Below, in pieces: positions 1 through 15,254 of a stretch of DNA of 64,000 nucleotides. Source of the stretch: Octopus sinensis (Eukaryota); assembly GCF_006345805.1 (NCBI RefSeq), contig NC_043007.1, positions 56,048,001 to 56,112,000 on the forward strand. The letters are read 5' to 3'. Position 1 is the stretch's first letter; the number at the start of each line of letters is the position of its first letter. The position numbers and the translations under genes are program-made. Under the pieces are notes generated by a model. That model had not been told where the DNA came from, did no database searches, and saw nothing but the letters and a program-made list of their open reading frames with translations.

Positions 1-9
1 AATAGGATC

Positions 10-1876
<1,867 letters not shown>

Positions 1877-2046
1877 TGCGTCCATCCGTCCATCCGACTG
1901 ACAGTCTGTGTGCCAATCTATCAGTCTATCTGGCTATATATCTATATATATGTGAATGCATGTATAATTGTATACAGTTTCTTACATGTATATACATTTA
2001 CAAATACATACATATACACACATATATTTATGTATGCATGTATAAA

Positions 2047-2123
<77 letters not shown>

Positions 2124-2449
2124 TATATATATGAATATATATATATACATAAATACACAAAGATAAACATTTATGAACTGAAAAAATTGTTTATACTTGA
2201 ACATACGCACGCACACCCACACGCCCGCGCACACACAGATGTATATATATATATACAGTGGTTCTGCGTTAACACACACCACAGAAGAAACAAATAGCGA
2301 CAAAGAGAAACGTGCCTAGAAAACAAATGTATTCACCTCATTTGTTTATGATATATTTCATATAAATGCTTATGTATTTGTGTGTGTTTGTGCGTATGTG
2401 TGTATTTGTATAAGTGTGTATATGTATGTGTCTTTGTGCTTGTCCTTCA

Positions 2450-2575
2450 TCCCACCGCTTGACAACCAGAGCTGCTGTGTGTACGTCCTTGGGTCTTAAG
2501 TTCAGGGGCTGATTTTTTCGACTAAGGCCGAACCCCAGCGTGACCGCAGTCCAATAACTGAAACAGGTAAAATAT
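2450..2575 (+). mobile_element. Degenerate SINE 3' fragment
   Basis: cgcttgacaacc...cgactaagg...gaccgcagtccaataactgaaac matches the 3' half of the SINE at 48356-48760. Confidence 0.7.
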
Positions 2576-3623
2576 AAATGGTATACTCTATCAGTAATTG
2601 CTTATGCAAGATAGTAAAATATGGAAGTGGAAATCATGAAGGAAGTTAGGAGCAAGATAAGAAACGGATGATTCATATACTAGAATGTATATGATTACTT
2701 CAGCTCAATGTAGATTTTGACACTGTAGTACTGTTGTAACTGTACACTTTATCTGGTGTCTAGAAGAAACATTTATATAGTATATATTTCTCTTTATGTA
2801 CTGGTAACGCAAAGGGAAATTGTATCGAACTCTACAGTTACACATAAAGTGTCTTAGGTAGTGGAGAATTATTGGTTATATTGTTACTGGAGGTATTTGG
2901 GTGGCGAGAGTTGCAGGATCAGTAGTAATATTCATGTTGGGTCAAAATTTATTGAGCCGATTTAGAAAATTCGATTACTATTATATAAGTTACTGAAATT
3001 AGATTGTCACAAAGCTTAGTGTTCCTATTTAATCCATTAGCTACACGACTGTTTTGTGAAATAGAAGGGTTCGGATTTTGGTTTTGGAGAAATGATTTAA
3101 GAGTAATTGAGACTGGCAACTTTTCCCAGATTCGGCTAACGACAATTCCCAGTTGAGCCAGATTGATAGTAACAATAATATTATAGCCGGAAATATTTTC
3201 ATTGTTGTCTAAATTAAAATTTGCAACATCGTTTCTGTATTTACAGTAACCCTATTTAGACAGTCACCTATTTTTGGGACCTCGTTTTTGATGCAAACTA
3301 GAATGTATATACCTACGGGATTAATAACTTGTGTAGTCATTCGATCCCATTGTTATATTGATACCATCAGGTCTGCCCCGATTAGTAAAATTTTCACTAA
3401 GTTAAACAATTGTATTCCTAGCAGCTAAAATAGTATCAATATCCGGTTTGGATAGTTGGGAATTCTTCTTTATGTATGTATGTATGTATGTATGTATGTA
3501 TGTATGTATGTATGTATGTATGTATGTATGTATGTGTATGTGTGTGCATGTATGTATGCGCGTATTTGTGTATGCGTATATTTAATATATATACATTACT
3601 ATATACAAATATATATACATTAA

Positions 3624-4226
3624 TATAAAATCAAAATGAGGGTGAAAATTGGATATTAATTTGATAACATCAATTTTAACGCCAATGGTCTAGCATATAA
3701 AAATATGTATTACATACATAAATATAAGGGAATTTTTTACCACTATGTGGAAATCCTTATGCTAGAAAAGATCCGCTATGGTCTTAACCACTAAGAGTTC
3801 TGCAGAAAATTCTGCAAGCACCAGAAACGTAAGCGAGCAAGACAAATGAAAAGTAACAAAAATATAGACTAATCATAAACAATTGTTTCACTATTAATAA
3901 ATTACGTAATTTTACTTACGCAATTTATCTGTAGATCTTCAGTATGATCGTCTATAAAAACATAATTTGCAGAACTTCACGCCAGACATCAACACGATAT
4001 TGAAAATGTATGCAGTTGTACCTATTACATTTGTGGTTATTTTTAAAAGTCTTCGTATAGGTGCGCTAAATTACCGGAAATAGTACTGCATAAAATAATT
4101 CACTGCAGTAGACTTTATCCGGTTTGAGAACGTATTAATCTAAAATTAAAATCAAAATGAGCGGATCTTCTTCTAGCATAAGTGTTTCCACATAGTGCTA
4201 AAAAATTCTCTCTTATATTTATGTAT
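3624..4226 (-). mobile_element. ~0.52-kb non-coding hammerhead-bearing retroelement (retrozyme/PLE-like) with terminal redundancy and an inverted segment
   Basis: taaaatcaaaatgag repeated at 3626 and 4147 (521 bp apart). 3714-3777 is inverted at 4160-4226. 3624-3700 is homologous to the reverse complement of 60312-60378. Confidence 0.6.
3863..3956 (-). ncRNA. Type I hammerhead ribozyme (U10.1-U11.1 variant)
   Basis: Minus strand: stem I uauagac-gaucaua / uaugauu-a-gucuaua, core CUGAAGA, long stem II, GAAA, palindromic stem III AACAAUUGUU, cleavage triplet GUU. Confidence 0.75.
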
Positions 4227-4341
4227 ATACATTAATATATATAGTACTATATATTACATATATTGTAATATGTATAGTACAATTTGTATATAATATATAT
4301 CATATATTTATAAAATAGATAATACGCTATATATATATATA

Positions 4342-4868
4342 CGGGGTGGACCATAATGATGGGACACATTTTAAATGCTAGTATCGTGGATTATAAAAAT
4401 GTCATAGAGTACCAAATATATTTATTACATAACTGATATACAGGAGTTTAACATAGCTACGATTTTACTACTTTTTACAAGTAGTTGGTATTTGTGACCC
4501 TCATAATATTGTGGACTCCAAAAGAAATTGCACACATGGTCGAAGCATACTTCATTAGCCAAAGATACATCGTTGCAGCCCAAAGAAAAATTCGACAGCG
4601 TTTTTGAAAGTGACAGACACTATCTTGAAATCTGATCCTGTATACTGTTACAAACTTCCGTGAGAAAGGAGATTGCAGCCATTCCAGTTGATATGCTAAT
4701 CCGCAGTATACTTGATATGAGAAAGCGAGCTCGTGAATGACCATCACCAGGATGTAATATTCAAATCTTAGATAATATATTGAACTGCTGTATATCAGTT
4801 AAGTAATAATGTCATTTTTATAATCTATGTCATTTTTATAATTTAAAATGTGTCCCATCATTGATCAA
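4342..4868 (+). mobile_element. Internally deleted Tc1/mariner-superfamily element (DUF4817-like HTH N-terminus)
   Basis: Imperfect long TIRs (aatgatgggacacattttaaa... / ...tttaaaatgtgtcccatcatt) starting after TA. Remnant WTPKEIAHMVEAYFISQRYIVAAQRKIRQRF at ~4512. Confidence 0.7.
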
Positions 4869-4869
4869 A

Positions 4870-6420
4870 CAAGAACAGAAAAAGGAAAGGACTCAGACCG
4901 GAAATGCAACGAGAAAGGAAGCGGTAAAGGAAAGGTAGATGAGGAATTCAGCTGCTGCGGAAAGGTGCTTTCTAGTTACATCGGGCTTAGAATTCACCAA
5001 GGAAAGGTGTGTCAGAAGAAAGTGATTCAAAAGGTTGAAAAATCAGATGACGTGTGGCCAGAAATAAATCATAGCGAGGGTCATTCCACAGTTGATAAGA
5101 AGTAAAGCAATGAAACGTGATTTAGGGGAACAGGGACTAAAGGCAATTGATAGAACAACATTACCGGGGAAATTCAAATGCTGGATACTGCAATTTAGAC
5201 TGTACCCAAGGATAATGTGGCCAATGTAAATGTACGAAATAGCTTCGATCAGAGTAGAAAGGATGGAACAAAGACGCAGTGTGTTTATCAGAAAATGGCT
5301 TGGTCTTCCAAAACCACTGAATACAAGTGTACTACATGAAAAACCCGTACTGCAACTACCGATAACATCAATCGCCGAAGAATATAAGGCAGGAAAAGCA
5401 AGGACAGTAATGATACTAAGGTATTTGAAATTTCAGAACATCCAAGGAAACCCTCCAAAGGTATGAAGAGGGGGGAAATGGAAAGCGGAAGAGGCAGTAA
5501 ACAGGGCGATCGGAAAGCTAAAGTATGCCGATATAGTTAGAGCGACACAAGAAGCAAGAGCCGGTATAGGGTTGCGCCATTCAAGCCATTTTGCATGAAC
5601 AGTGTAAAAGAGATGAAAGAGGCAGTGGTACACGAAATGAGAAAATAGGAAGAAGAAAAGTGAAATGTACATTTGGTGCAATGTAGTCAACGGGGACAGT
5701 ACCTGAGATGGGGGGAACATGTAAGTCAGTCGCAGAATCTCATGGAAGGAACTTTGAGCTTGGGAATAAGCAAGAACATCTTTCCTGATCAAGTCCACCT
5801 TTGGACGGCCAGTTTAGTCCAGTAGAACATACAAACAACTGATGAATGTAGATGCGGAGAGAAAGCGACGGTGAGACATGTTCTGTCAAACTGCAGGCAC
5901 TAGACAGATATATATGGCGTCACAATCAAGTCCTAAGCGCAGCATTCAAGAAGATCGAGGGATATAATAGGGGAGAGTACCCAAAAGTAGAAAAGCGCGG
6001 GAAGATATACTCCCAGAAGGAGGGAAAAGGAAATAAGGCCGGGCCTTCAGATAAAGTATACGAGACAGACGAACGATGGAAGGGATACTGGGAGCCGGCT
6101 GCTGATTTGGAAAGACTGTTAATATTTCCACTCATTTAAACAACAAAAAGACCGGACTTAATCCTATGGAACACAGAAAGGAAAATTGAAATTTTGCTAG
6201 GGCTGAAAGTGCCATGGGAAGAGAACATTGCTAATACAGAGTAACGGAAGGAGAAGATGTATGAGAGATTAATCGAATAGTGCGGAGAACAGGGATGGAC
6301 TGTCGAGTATTACCACCTGGCAGTCAAGGCTTGAGGCTTCATTGAAAGGAAAATGGCAACGTTCTTTAAAAGAAGGTTTGCATTTTCGAGCTCAAAGCTG
6401 AGAAAAGTAATAAAGACTTC
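4870..6420 (+). mobile_element. Degenerate HERO-like RLE non-LTR retrotransposon, internally deleted
   Basis: N-terminal finger CCGKVLSSYIGLRIHQ; LPGKFKCWILQ..LYPRIMWP; FIRKWLGLPK; RYIWRHNQVL; RLE motif RPDLILWN...KVPWEE. Confidence 0.8.
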
Positions 6421-6879
6421 TTCGATTTTTTCATTTCATCTCAAAAGACTTTGTAAGAATGTAAGTGTTCGTGTGCGTCCTTTGTAATGTCCCTTTATAC
6501 CTTTTATGGGTAAATAAAGAAATACGCCCGTTGACATTCGTTGATGCTGTATCGAAGAAACCAAAGAAGAAAATAAAATAAGAGAAAGAAAAAAAAACAC
6601 TCATCACCTGAGCTGAAGACACCTCCGAAAGTGTGTGTGTGTGTGGTAGAGAGTAGGGGCCGACACCAGACGTGATGATGTCTTTAGCCACTGGATCCTA
6701 TAAAGGAGCTGTTGAGATAGCGAACCACGAAATGTGGTTGGAATCCTTATCTATATATTATATATAATATATATAATATATAATTTATATTCTGTATAAT
6801 ATATATCTTTATATATGGATATGTCTGTCTGACTATCTATCTATATGTATATACATCTCTCTCTCTCTCTCTCTCACTA

Positions 6880-7029
6880 TGCGTGTTTGGTGGGCCAAAT
6901 CAGATATGCAATCTATGTGGGTATCATTTCAGAACATTATCTAGTTTAAAAAGCCACATGAGATGCCATGATGGTTTTAAGGTGATTCAGGAGGTGGTCA
7001 AACTCTGCATAAGGGGTAAACAACCACCT
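6880..7029 (+). mobile_element. RTE-type LINE 3' end (C2H2 finger)
   Basis: CNLCGYHFRTLSSLKSHMRCH plus a short 3' UTR; similar to the finger at 8375-8435. Confidence 0.6.
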
Positions 7030-7214
7030 TATATTGAGAAAAAGGAGGCGGTCAGAATTTTGGATAATACTTTCTTAGTGCTTTCGTTCGTTTAACGGAA
7101 CTCTTCAAGACAAAATTAAAAACAAAAGTTTTGTTTCGAAGAGTTCGGTTAAACAAATGAGAGCGCTAATAAAGAATTATCCAAAATTCTGAGTACCTCA
7201 TTTTTCTCAATATA
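7030..7214. repeat. Fold-back inverted repeat (~85-bp arms) with a degenerate hammerhead in each arm
   Basis: tatattgagaaaaa...gaactcttcaagac pairs with tcgaagagttc...tttttctcaatata. Confidence 0.85.
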
Positions 7215-7442
7215 CAATAACTGTACGCCACTTCAAACACTCTATACTCACACACACATATGCGTGCGTGTGTGTGTATATACAAAACACGCAGACATAG
7301 ACACACACACACATATATACATATACACACTCATCCATATATATGTGTTTTTATAAACTATAAGACATTGATGTATAAATGCATTTCACTCTGTCACTCC
7401 CTCGCTGTATATATCCTTTTACTGATATTAATCTGAACAGGT

Positions 7443-7886
7443 TCACCGAGTAGTAGTAGACAATTGCCTGACGCGAATGTTATTATCTGTGTAAGCGGTA
7501 AACTACATTTGATCATCAGCAGACCAAGCCAATGACATACAGAGAAAATCATCAAGAAAAACAGTAACAGTGTTCAAATATCCAGCATGACGATAGTGAT
7601 TAGTCTTCAGCTTGAAGTTAGTAGGCTTCCACACCTTTACTATATTATCCCGGCCATAGGTCACAATGATAGAGTGTGTGGTGCTTGGAGAAAAACGGAC
7701 ACAGCGTATGTGACCCTCTTCAGTAATTGTGTAGTTGCAAACACCAAGGGTATTCCAAAATTTAATAGATTTATCACGGAGTCGGATATAATTGTCACTT
7801 GAAAAGGAAACGTTCAAAACATCTTTACACTGGCCAACAATAGACTGGCTAAGGTCCCAGAGTCGCATGGTTTTGTCCCAAGAACT
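7443..7886 (-). pseudogene. RACK1: Processed RACK1 (GNB2L1) pseudogene, 5'-truncated with internal deletions
   Basis: [91 protein letters not shown] matches RACK1 WD40 blades and C-terminus. No introns; premature stop. Confidence 0.92.
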
Positions 7887-7889
7887 TCA

Positions 7890-8500
7890 TGGAACATAAC
7901 CACAACATTAGGCGAGTAAAAGGTATAAAGATTGTATGAAGGGAAATCTGAAGAAACTAGATATGAACAAAAGTGATTGGGAAGTTTATGTTCTAGATCG
8001 GAACAAGAGGAGAGGTGCTGTTAGGACTGGTTGCAATGCCTGGGAGAAAAAGATGATTCAACAATGTGAGCTTAAAAGGGCCTGTCGCAGGGGAACAATT
8101 GGAAATGAAATCAACAGTGAACATTGGATATATATCATATGTGATCGTGTTCTGTTGCCAAAAGCAGGATACGTGAATTATATGAAGTCACATGAAAATC
8201 GAAATGCCCAGGTAGGTAATCTTGAACACAAACTGCCTCATATGACTTGTGTCATAGGTCACCAGACGTGTATAAGACAATATCTGGACTTCAAAGAAAT
8301 ATGCTAGTTCACAAAAGCATCCTTCAAAATCAGATTCCAAGGGGCAAAGTTATAGAAGAAACTTGAATAATATCTGTTACTTGTGTTTTAAACCCTGTCA
8401 GTCAGCAGCTAGTCTTAAAAGTCATCTGAGGGTGCAACAACGGAGACTGTGCTGTATGATGGGGTGTGGGGTGTGTTGATGGGACGGTTATCATCTGTCA
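7890..8500 (+). mobile_element. RTE-clade LINE 3' fragment
   Basis: KRYKDCMKGNLKKLDM..DWE...DRNKRRGAVRTG followed by degenerate C2H2 fingers (ICDRVLLPKAGYVNYMKSH; CYLCFKPCQSAASLKSHLR). Confidence 0.75.
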
Positions 8501-8516
8501 TATATGTATATTTGTG

Positions 8517-8587
<71 letters not shown>

Positions 8588-11324
8588 TTGTATGCCTGTG
8601 TGAAAATGTGTATACATGTATACACACACACACACACACACACACACGTATATATATAGGGAGAGTGAGAGATTAGATAGATAGATAGTTATACACATGC
8701 AGACACACTGACACACACACATATATATAAAGAGAAGGGGTATATATATATATATATATGTATAATATAATAGAGAGAGAAGTGAATGTGAAGAATTCCG
8801 CAAAGCAGAAATGTTATAAATACTAACATTTTCTAAAGGTTTAATTAAGATGTTTTCTAATTTGCTAATCAAAGCCAATACAGCGGCAAAATTGGTTATT
8901 GGCTGGCGCCTTTTCAGATGCTGGAGGTGTCTAGAGAAGCAAACATTAACACGCTACTCTATATGGGTCAGTTTTGCACTGAATTTAATATGTAGCCAAG
9001 GTAGAAACTTTTATCTGCAATATTTAATTTCTGCAGTTTGGAAATTGGCTCTCTCTTGCCAATGTTTATTAATTTTTTTAAAAATGAGCTTTATTTTCGG
9101 ACTGTTTCGACATGCAACCAGTTTTTGCACAAACAAAACTCAGCATACAGAGTAGAGAACAATCAACCAGGTAAAGCTCAGTGGTTCGTCTTCAACATAA
9201 GCACTGGTTTTTATTTGTCGTCGAAATACATAAACATCAATGACTCAAACTGTAATGATGCATCTCATGATAGTATCAACTAATTGTAAAGATGTACTTT
9301 AGGAATGGACCAACTAACTGTGAATATGTGTATCATGGTTGCCAAAAGACGTGGTAAAGTTTCCGAATGTTTATTTGTTTACAATCATGCATTCAACTTC
9401 GCCTTTAGCTTAAGATTGAAGAAACATGCTTTCAATCAAACTGACTTGCTCTGCGACTAAGTCTTCAGTGTTGTCATTACGATCTTATGAATTATAGCAA
9501 TGGCTATCGTAGTTATAGAACAACAAAGAAAGCAGCTGAATACTTACAGATGGCATGGCTTTGTTGTGGGCAGTTAAATCTCTCGACAATGAACAACACA
9601 GAAATGATTGAGTGTGCATTACTCTATGCAATATCGGCATAAATTATTCACATCATACTTGCAAGCTACGACCTTCGCTTATGTCTGAAATTACCAATAC
9701 AATAGCTACGTAATTTACACGACGTTAGTAACTATCAATAACGCTGCCAATACTACGATAAGTAAATAGACAATTCTATAATGTTGCAAACAACTGACAT
9801 CAATGTTGTTAATGAAATATAATTAACTTCAGCCACCCAGCATATTACTTTGTTTACTTCTAAGCAATTCTTATTGCGTAAGGCCGATCGAATAGATAAA
9901 TATATTGCTGTTACTTACGCCATGAATCTTAGTGGAAAGAAAACCAAACTGTTTCAGATGCGATTCGAACACTTATTGCAGAATTTGTGGCAGCGCAAGT
10001 AAACCCTTGAGGGGTTCTGTGATACAGTGTATCACCATTTCAAGTAACTCGTTGTCTTTGACCAAAACAGTTTTTGAATTTATAGCATCAATAAAACGTG
10101 CAGAAGAACAGCAGCTGTTACGCTTTCATACTTGGACCCAGTTCACTTTGTCCAACTATAATGTGGCCACAACTACAATCTAAGTGGAGGTCGCTACACA
10201 ATCACTCGACTTTCTAACAATAACAACCGAATCACCTTCAAGTCACACTCTACCGTTTAAGTAAAGAAGGATACTTTAGATAATGTAATTCCTGATATAC
10301 AAAAACACAGGATGATCATGGCTCGAGCGTCTTTGATCGTAGGTCAGCTCAATAACGACTAGCCAGAAGCTAAACAACAATAACAATCACTCAACATCAG
10401 AAAGTGAAGTATAGTTGCTAATTAGACTGATGTATGGTATATTTGCAGTTATTCAATTTGTGGATCGCACCTTGTGGTTTGGCCTATTATCTGTGTGCTC
10501 CGGGTGTACTTTATTAGGGAGGATCTGAGACTTCACCGGAACACTAATCACTGTTACTTGTAGCTATAATATCGATTTCTCCCGTCTAAGAACAATATCA
10601 ATTTTTACAGAGGAGGAAATATTGGCGATTTAACCAAACTCAATACACTACTGGAAGTTATTTTATTGATTCTAAAAGGATGAAAAGCAAAACTGACCCC
10701 AGCGGGATTTCAATTTGACATATGGATGGACAATAAAATAATTTTTGTGAAACATTCAGTAAAACTACACACAATTTCAGTCGACTTGCCATTCTTACTT
10801 GACTGAAACAGTTAAGTGTTTTAAAGTATTTAGTTGCATCTCTTTGAAACCAAAGATCAAATCTAGATGGCGTCGACAGTTTCTGCATTATAAACCTCCA
10901 GGGACGATAGAATGAGTAGCGGTACTACAATAGCATCGATTTAATAGAATTTACCCTGCTCCTGTGAATAGTTGACTTAATTCCAATGTAAGTATTCTAT
11001 GTCGATTCTATCGACTTTAGGTCAACTAAAAATGAATGACGGCCTATCGCTTCGTCAATCGAAATCAATAACTTGGCTTAGGACACCTATATTTCATTAG
11101 CGGTTTTTAAAGGAATCATATAGATCAGTACAACAATAATAATTACTCAATGTTAGAAACTGAGGCGAGCATGTGGAGCAATGAGTAGACTATGGTTCAG
11201 AGAAATTTACAGCGTTTTTCAGTCGTATACACACAACCATACAAATACACACACACATAGATGTACATGTGTGTATGTACATATTACATAACACGCACAA
11301 GTGTTTATATATGTATAAATATGC

Positions 11325-11356
<32 letters not shown>

Positions 11357-11481
11357 TATATATAATATACTGGAGTAAACACATAAATATAACAAACTCC
11401 GAGTAACAGGCTTTGTTGAATTTCTGCTGCTTTTAAATAAAGTATAATATAATATAATATAGGACAATCAGTTAATTGTCA

Positions 11482-11537
11482 TAATAATACTCAGAGTTTC
11501 AGATGCCGGGGTTAAAGGACATCCTCTTCAGTTATTA
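11482..11537 (-). ncRNA. Type I hammerhead ribozyme (minimal, PLE-type)
   Basis: Minus strand: uaauaa CUGAAGA ggauguc-loop-ggcaucu GAAA CUCUGA GUA uuauua. All core nucleotides present; stem I is 6 bp. Confidence 0.78.
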
Positions 11538-11705
11538 AAACAAAATGCTATGAAAAAAAAAAGCATTGAATAAAGGGAAGTTACTCTAATAGGCGTAGAA
11601 AAAAGTAAGTAAAGGTAAAAGATAGAAGATATGAAAATAGAACGACGCAAAGATAGACATCTTTGTTCATAAAATCTACTTACGTACACATGTATATATA
11701 CATAC

Positions 11706-11800
<95 letters not shown>

Positions 11801-12180
11801 TATATTTAGTACGACACGCGCATACACATACGTATTGACGAATACATACATGTATTGGAACTCATATATATAGGCACACACGCGCATGTATACATAAATA
11901 CACGCACATAGCATAAATATGTTTATATATTTGTACGTAACGCAAGATATAGGCGTTTGTGCAAAGTTTGACACATGCACACTTGTTAATACACTCACAT
12001 ATACAAATAAGTAAATATATACACGTGCACACATACATATACACATACACACACAGATACATATATGCATGCGTATACACATAAACATACACCACTGTAC
12101 ACGTATACTCATTCCTAAAGTTGACGGACATTTAGCTTTACGTAAAATCGAATCTCTAGTGAGACATTTTTATTTTTCTA

Positions 12181-12239
12181 TTTATTTGTGTACTCTAAGA
12201 GACCCAGAACGGATCGAAACATGTGTCGTACTAAATAAA
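12181..12239 (+). ncRNA. Degenerate hammerhead relic
   Basis: gtac-t-CT(-)AAGA-gaccc agaac ggatc-GAAAC ATGT GTC-gtac; G5 is missing. The 3' part is inverted at 11794-11817. Confidence 0.55.
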
Positions 12240-12381
12240 ATCTTTTTCTCCATCTATTGTATTAATACTGTTACCTCAACCACCACTATGAAGCTCCTGC
12301 AATCTACAGATAATAATAGGTAATTGAAACTGTGCTGGTGCTTTACTTATCATCCAGTTATACATTTTGTATAATTTCTCC

Positions 12382-12421
<40 letters not shown>

Positions 12422-12635
12422 TGTGTAGCTCGTCCTGTATTTGTTTTTCGTTTTCTTGTTTTTCGTTTTCCGTTTTCTTGTTTTTTGTTTTTTGGCTTTT
12501 TCCGTTTCTACGTCTTATTGTGATGTCCTGTACTCCCGTATAATTATTTATATATGCATGTATATATACATGTAGATGTAGGTACGTACATATATGTTTG
12601 TATGTATGCATATATTTTTATTTATCTCCTATATA

Positions 12636-12666
<31 letters not shown>

Positions 12667-12699
12667 AGAATATATGAACAATAACCCATCCACCCATTG

Positions 12700-13350
12700 G
12701 TGAGTCAATAGTGCTGGCCAAATCACTGCGTACGATTTCGTCCTGACTTTCAGCTTACCTACTTTCTCTCGCTCAAATACCAGAGAAAGACCTTTCCTGT
12801 TGACTCTCCTATCCTGTACAAAGCTACCTTTCTCACTCTTTGTCCTATTTCAGTGGTTCTAAGCATTCTCAATTCTGACTGGGCAGTGAATCCTCTGCAG
12901 ATACCTCAACAAGGAAAAGCAACACCTGCTGTCCTTTCTCCCTACATTCATGCAAAAGGTTCTGGTATTTTGCATGTTCCCATTCAAAGGTTTGATAAAA
13001 CACTTCCTTATGGGTTTATAAGCTCGATCAGGATTATTTTCTTTGCTTTTCAGATCGCAAAACCACGTCTGCCTGCAGTCACTTTCTTCTAGGTCTACTT
13101 TCATAACCTGTATTTTGGTAAATAGGCAGATCACACGCTCTCAAGTTCAAATAAGGCTGGAACTTTTCGAAAACTCGATAATACCCTGCTGGCATCGATT
13201 TTTTAAAGCTCAATCGAGCGTTTGAATGGAAATTCCCATAACGATGTTATTTTTTCCTGTAGCTTCTGCATTTTTTGTCCGAGTGTGATGAAAATCGATG
13301 AATGAGCGTGGCTTATGTCAATCAGTTGATGTTAGTATATGGCGCTGACA
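12700..13350 (-). mobile_element. HERO-like RLE LINE 3' fragment
   Basis: Frameshifted LQADVVLRSEK / KKIILIELINP / FEWEHAKYQNLLHECREKG..LFLVEV / CRGFTAQS. Confidence 0.7.
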
Positions 13351-15254
13351 AAAAACCGATAATTGCGCCTAAGCAGTTGTTTTATCAAATCAATAGGCTT
13401 TTTGCGTGCAAATACCCATAGTGATTTTACTTTGGGGCGTAACTTTTATATTTTCATGTAAATGGTCACATGGATTGTATTTTATGACATCACTTTAACA
13501 CTTTGTTTCGGATTTTGATGAGATTGGACACGATGATCAATTTTGCACAGTGGGTGACATTAAGAGGAAAGAAATAAACAGACATCACCCTCAACGAAAC
13601 GACGCGAGGGCGCTCAGTCATACAATAACTAGATCTTCTTCAATCCTCTACAGAAGGGTGCGTTCGGAGCATGTAACCTCAGTTTACAAGTCCTTTTGGC
13701 ATTCATGCGTTAGGTGGTTTGGAATGTTTTAATAATGATTCATATTTCTGAGAACAGACAGCATTTTGATTTGTTGGATTATGTAACAGTATGGTGCAAA
13801 TCTTTCCGATGTTCTATCGTAAGGTTTATTTTATATATATTTCAACAAACCTATGATTTATGTCGACAAAAATAACTGGTCTGAAAGGGTTTTTAGAATA
13901 GAATTGCTATGGAACAGCTAATATTTTTTCTTCTCATTTTAGTATTGTAAGTGTACTGTGATAGTCCGAGCGATTTTTCTAGTATTGGTTCGTTTTAAAA
14001 CCAAATGATTCTACACAATTTTGCTGAAAGATATTTCTACGTGTAATTTTGTTGATTATTTTAACGGCGGTGCATCAGCAGGGCCACAGCTATGAGCTGA
14101 AACTACAGAAAAAAATTTTAACTTCAAAGATGTTTCGGTCAACTGATATCAGCTTTAGAAATTTAATTATTAACTGTGAATACTTTCGTAAAATAAACTA
14201 TATAAACGAATTAATATACAATTTAAAGGGCTAGAACATGCTCGAACGGAAAGGATTTGATGTGTATAGCTGCTTCACATTTCGTGTATTATTTATAGCA
14301 ATATCATGTGTACAACAAATCTTAATTCAACTTATTTGAAATGAAAATCTTATAACTTCAATTTTTCGGAAGCTGTTTATGTAGTAAATAAAAAATTCTT
14401 AGTTGAAGTGGTATTTATATGAAGTTAATTGGAATATTAAACGAAATAGTTTTCTGTTTTGTAGTTTACAGTGTATGAGAATGAATAACATGATTTATGT
14501 AAATAATGTTATCATTTAAGGCTAAATTTTTACTGCTTCATTATATCTTATACGGGTCCTGCATTGTTAAAGATATATCATATGAAATATATAATATCTG
14601 TATACTAGTATTTTTCGCTAAATTCTTATAATGACATATGGGTGATGTGAAGCATTATTAATGTATTGTTGCTTAGATACTGTAATAATTTTTTATGCTC
14701 TCAGATCAGCAACTATTATTTCAATTTAACTTTTTAGTTTCAGCTCTGATTTCAAAATCTTTTGGTGAATTTTTTTTTTTAAAACCATAAAATTTTGAAT
14801 TTGTCCTGATTTCTCTCTGATTATGAATGGATTAATTGGTGCATTCTCACAACGTGGAATATATACCCGTATTATGGTGGAAAAAATCGACTCCTAATAT
14901 TTTTACTTAGTTTAACTCTTTTGAAATTTAGAGTTGCTTAGTTGAATTTGATTTGAGTAACAACTTGATTGAAATCATTATTTTCTGTTGGCATTCAAAC
15001 GAGGCAACATGCATTGTGTTATTAAACTTATGCACAATTAACTACTTTGCTTTGGATGAAAGCTACACGTTCAGAACATAAAGAATGAGATTGTCTGTGG
15101 GTCATGCCACTGACCAAGTCTTGAAATAAATATGCTAAGCCTTAACTAGAATTCGAACGTTACTGGCAGAATCAGCTAACTAATATTTTGCTATAGAACT
15201 CTCTTCACGCTGTATTATTGATTTGAAATTGTGGGAGAGGTAAATCTATTAGAA

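Noticed and set aside
6883-7095. C2H2 zinc-finger ORF as a host ZNF exon
   Set aside because: It matches the RTE 3' end pattern also seen at 8375-8435 and runs into an unrelated fold-back.
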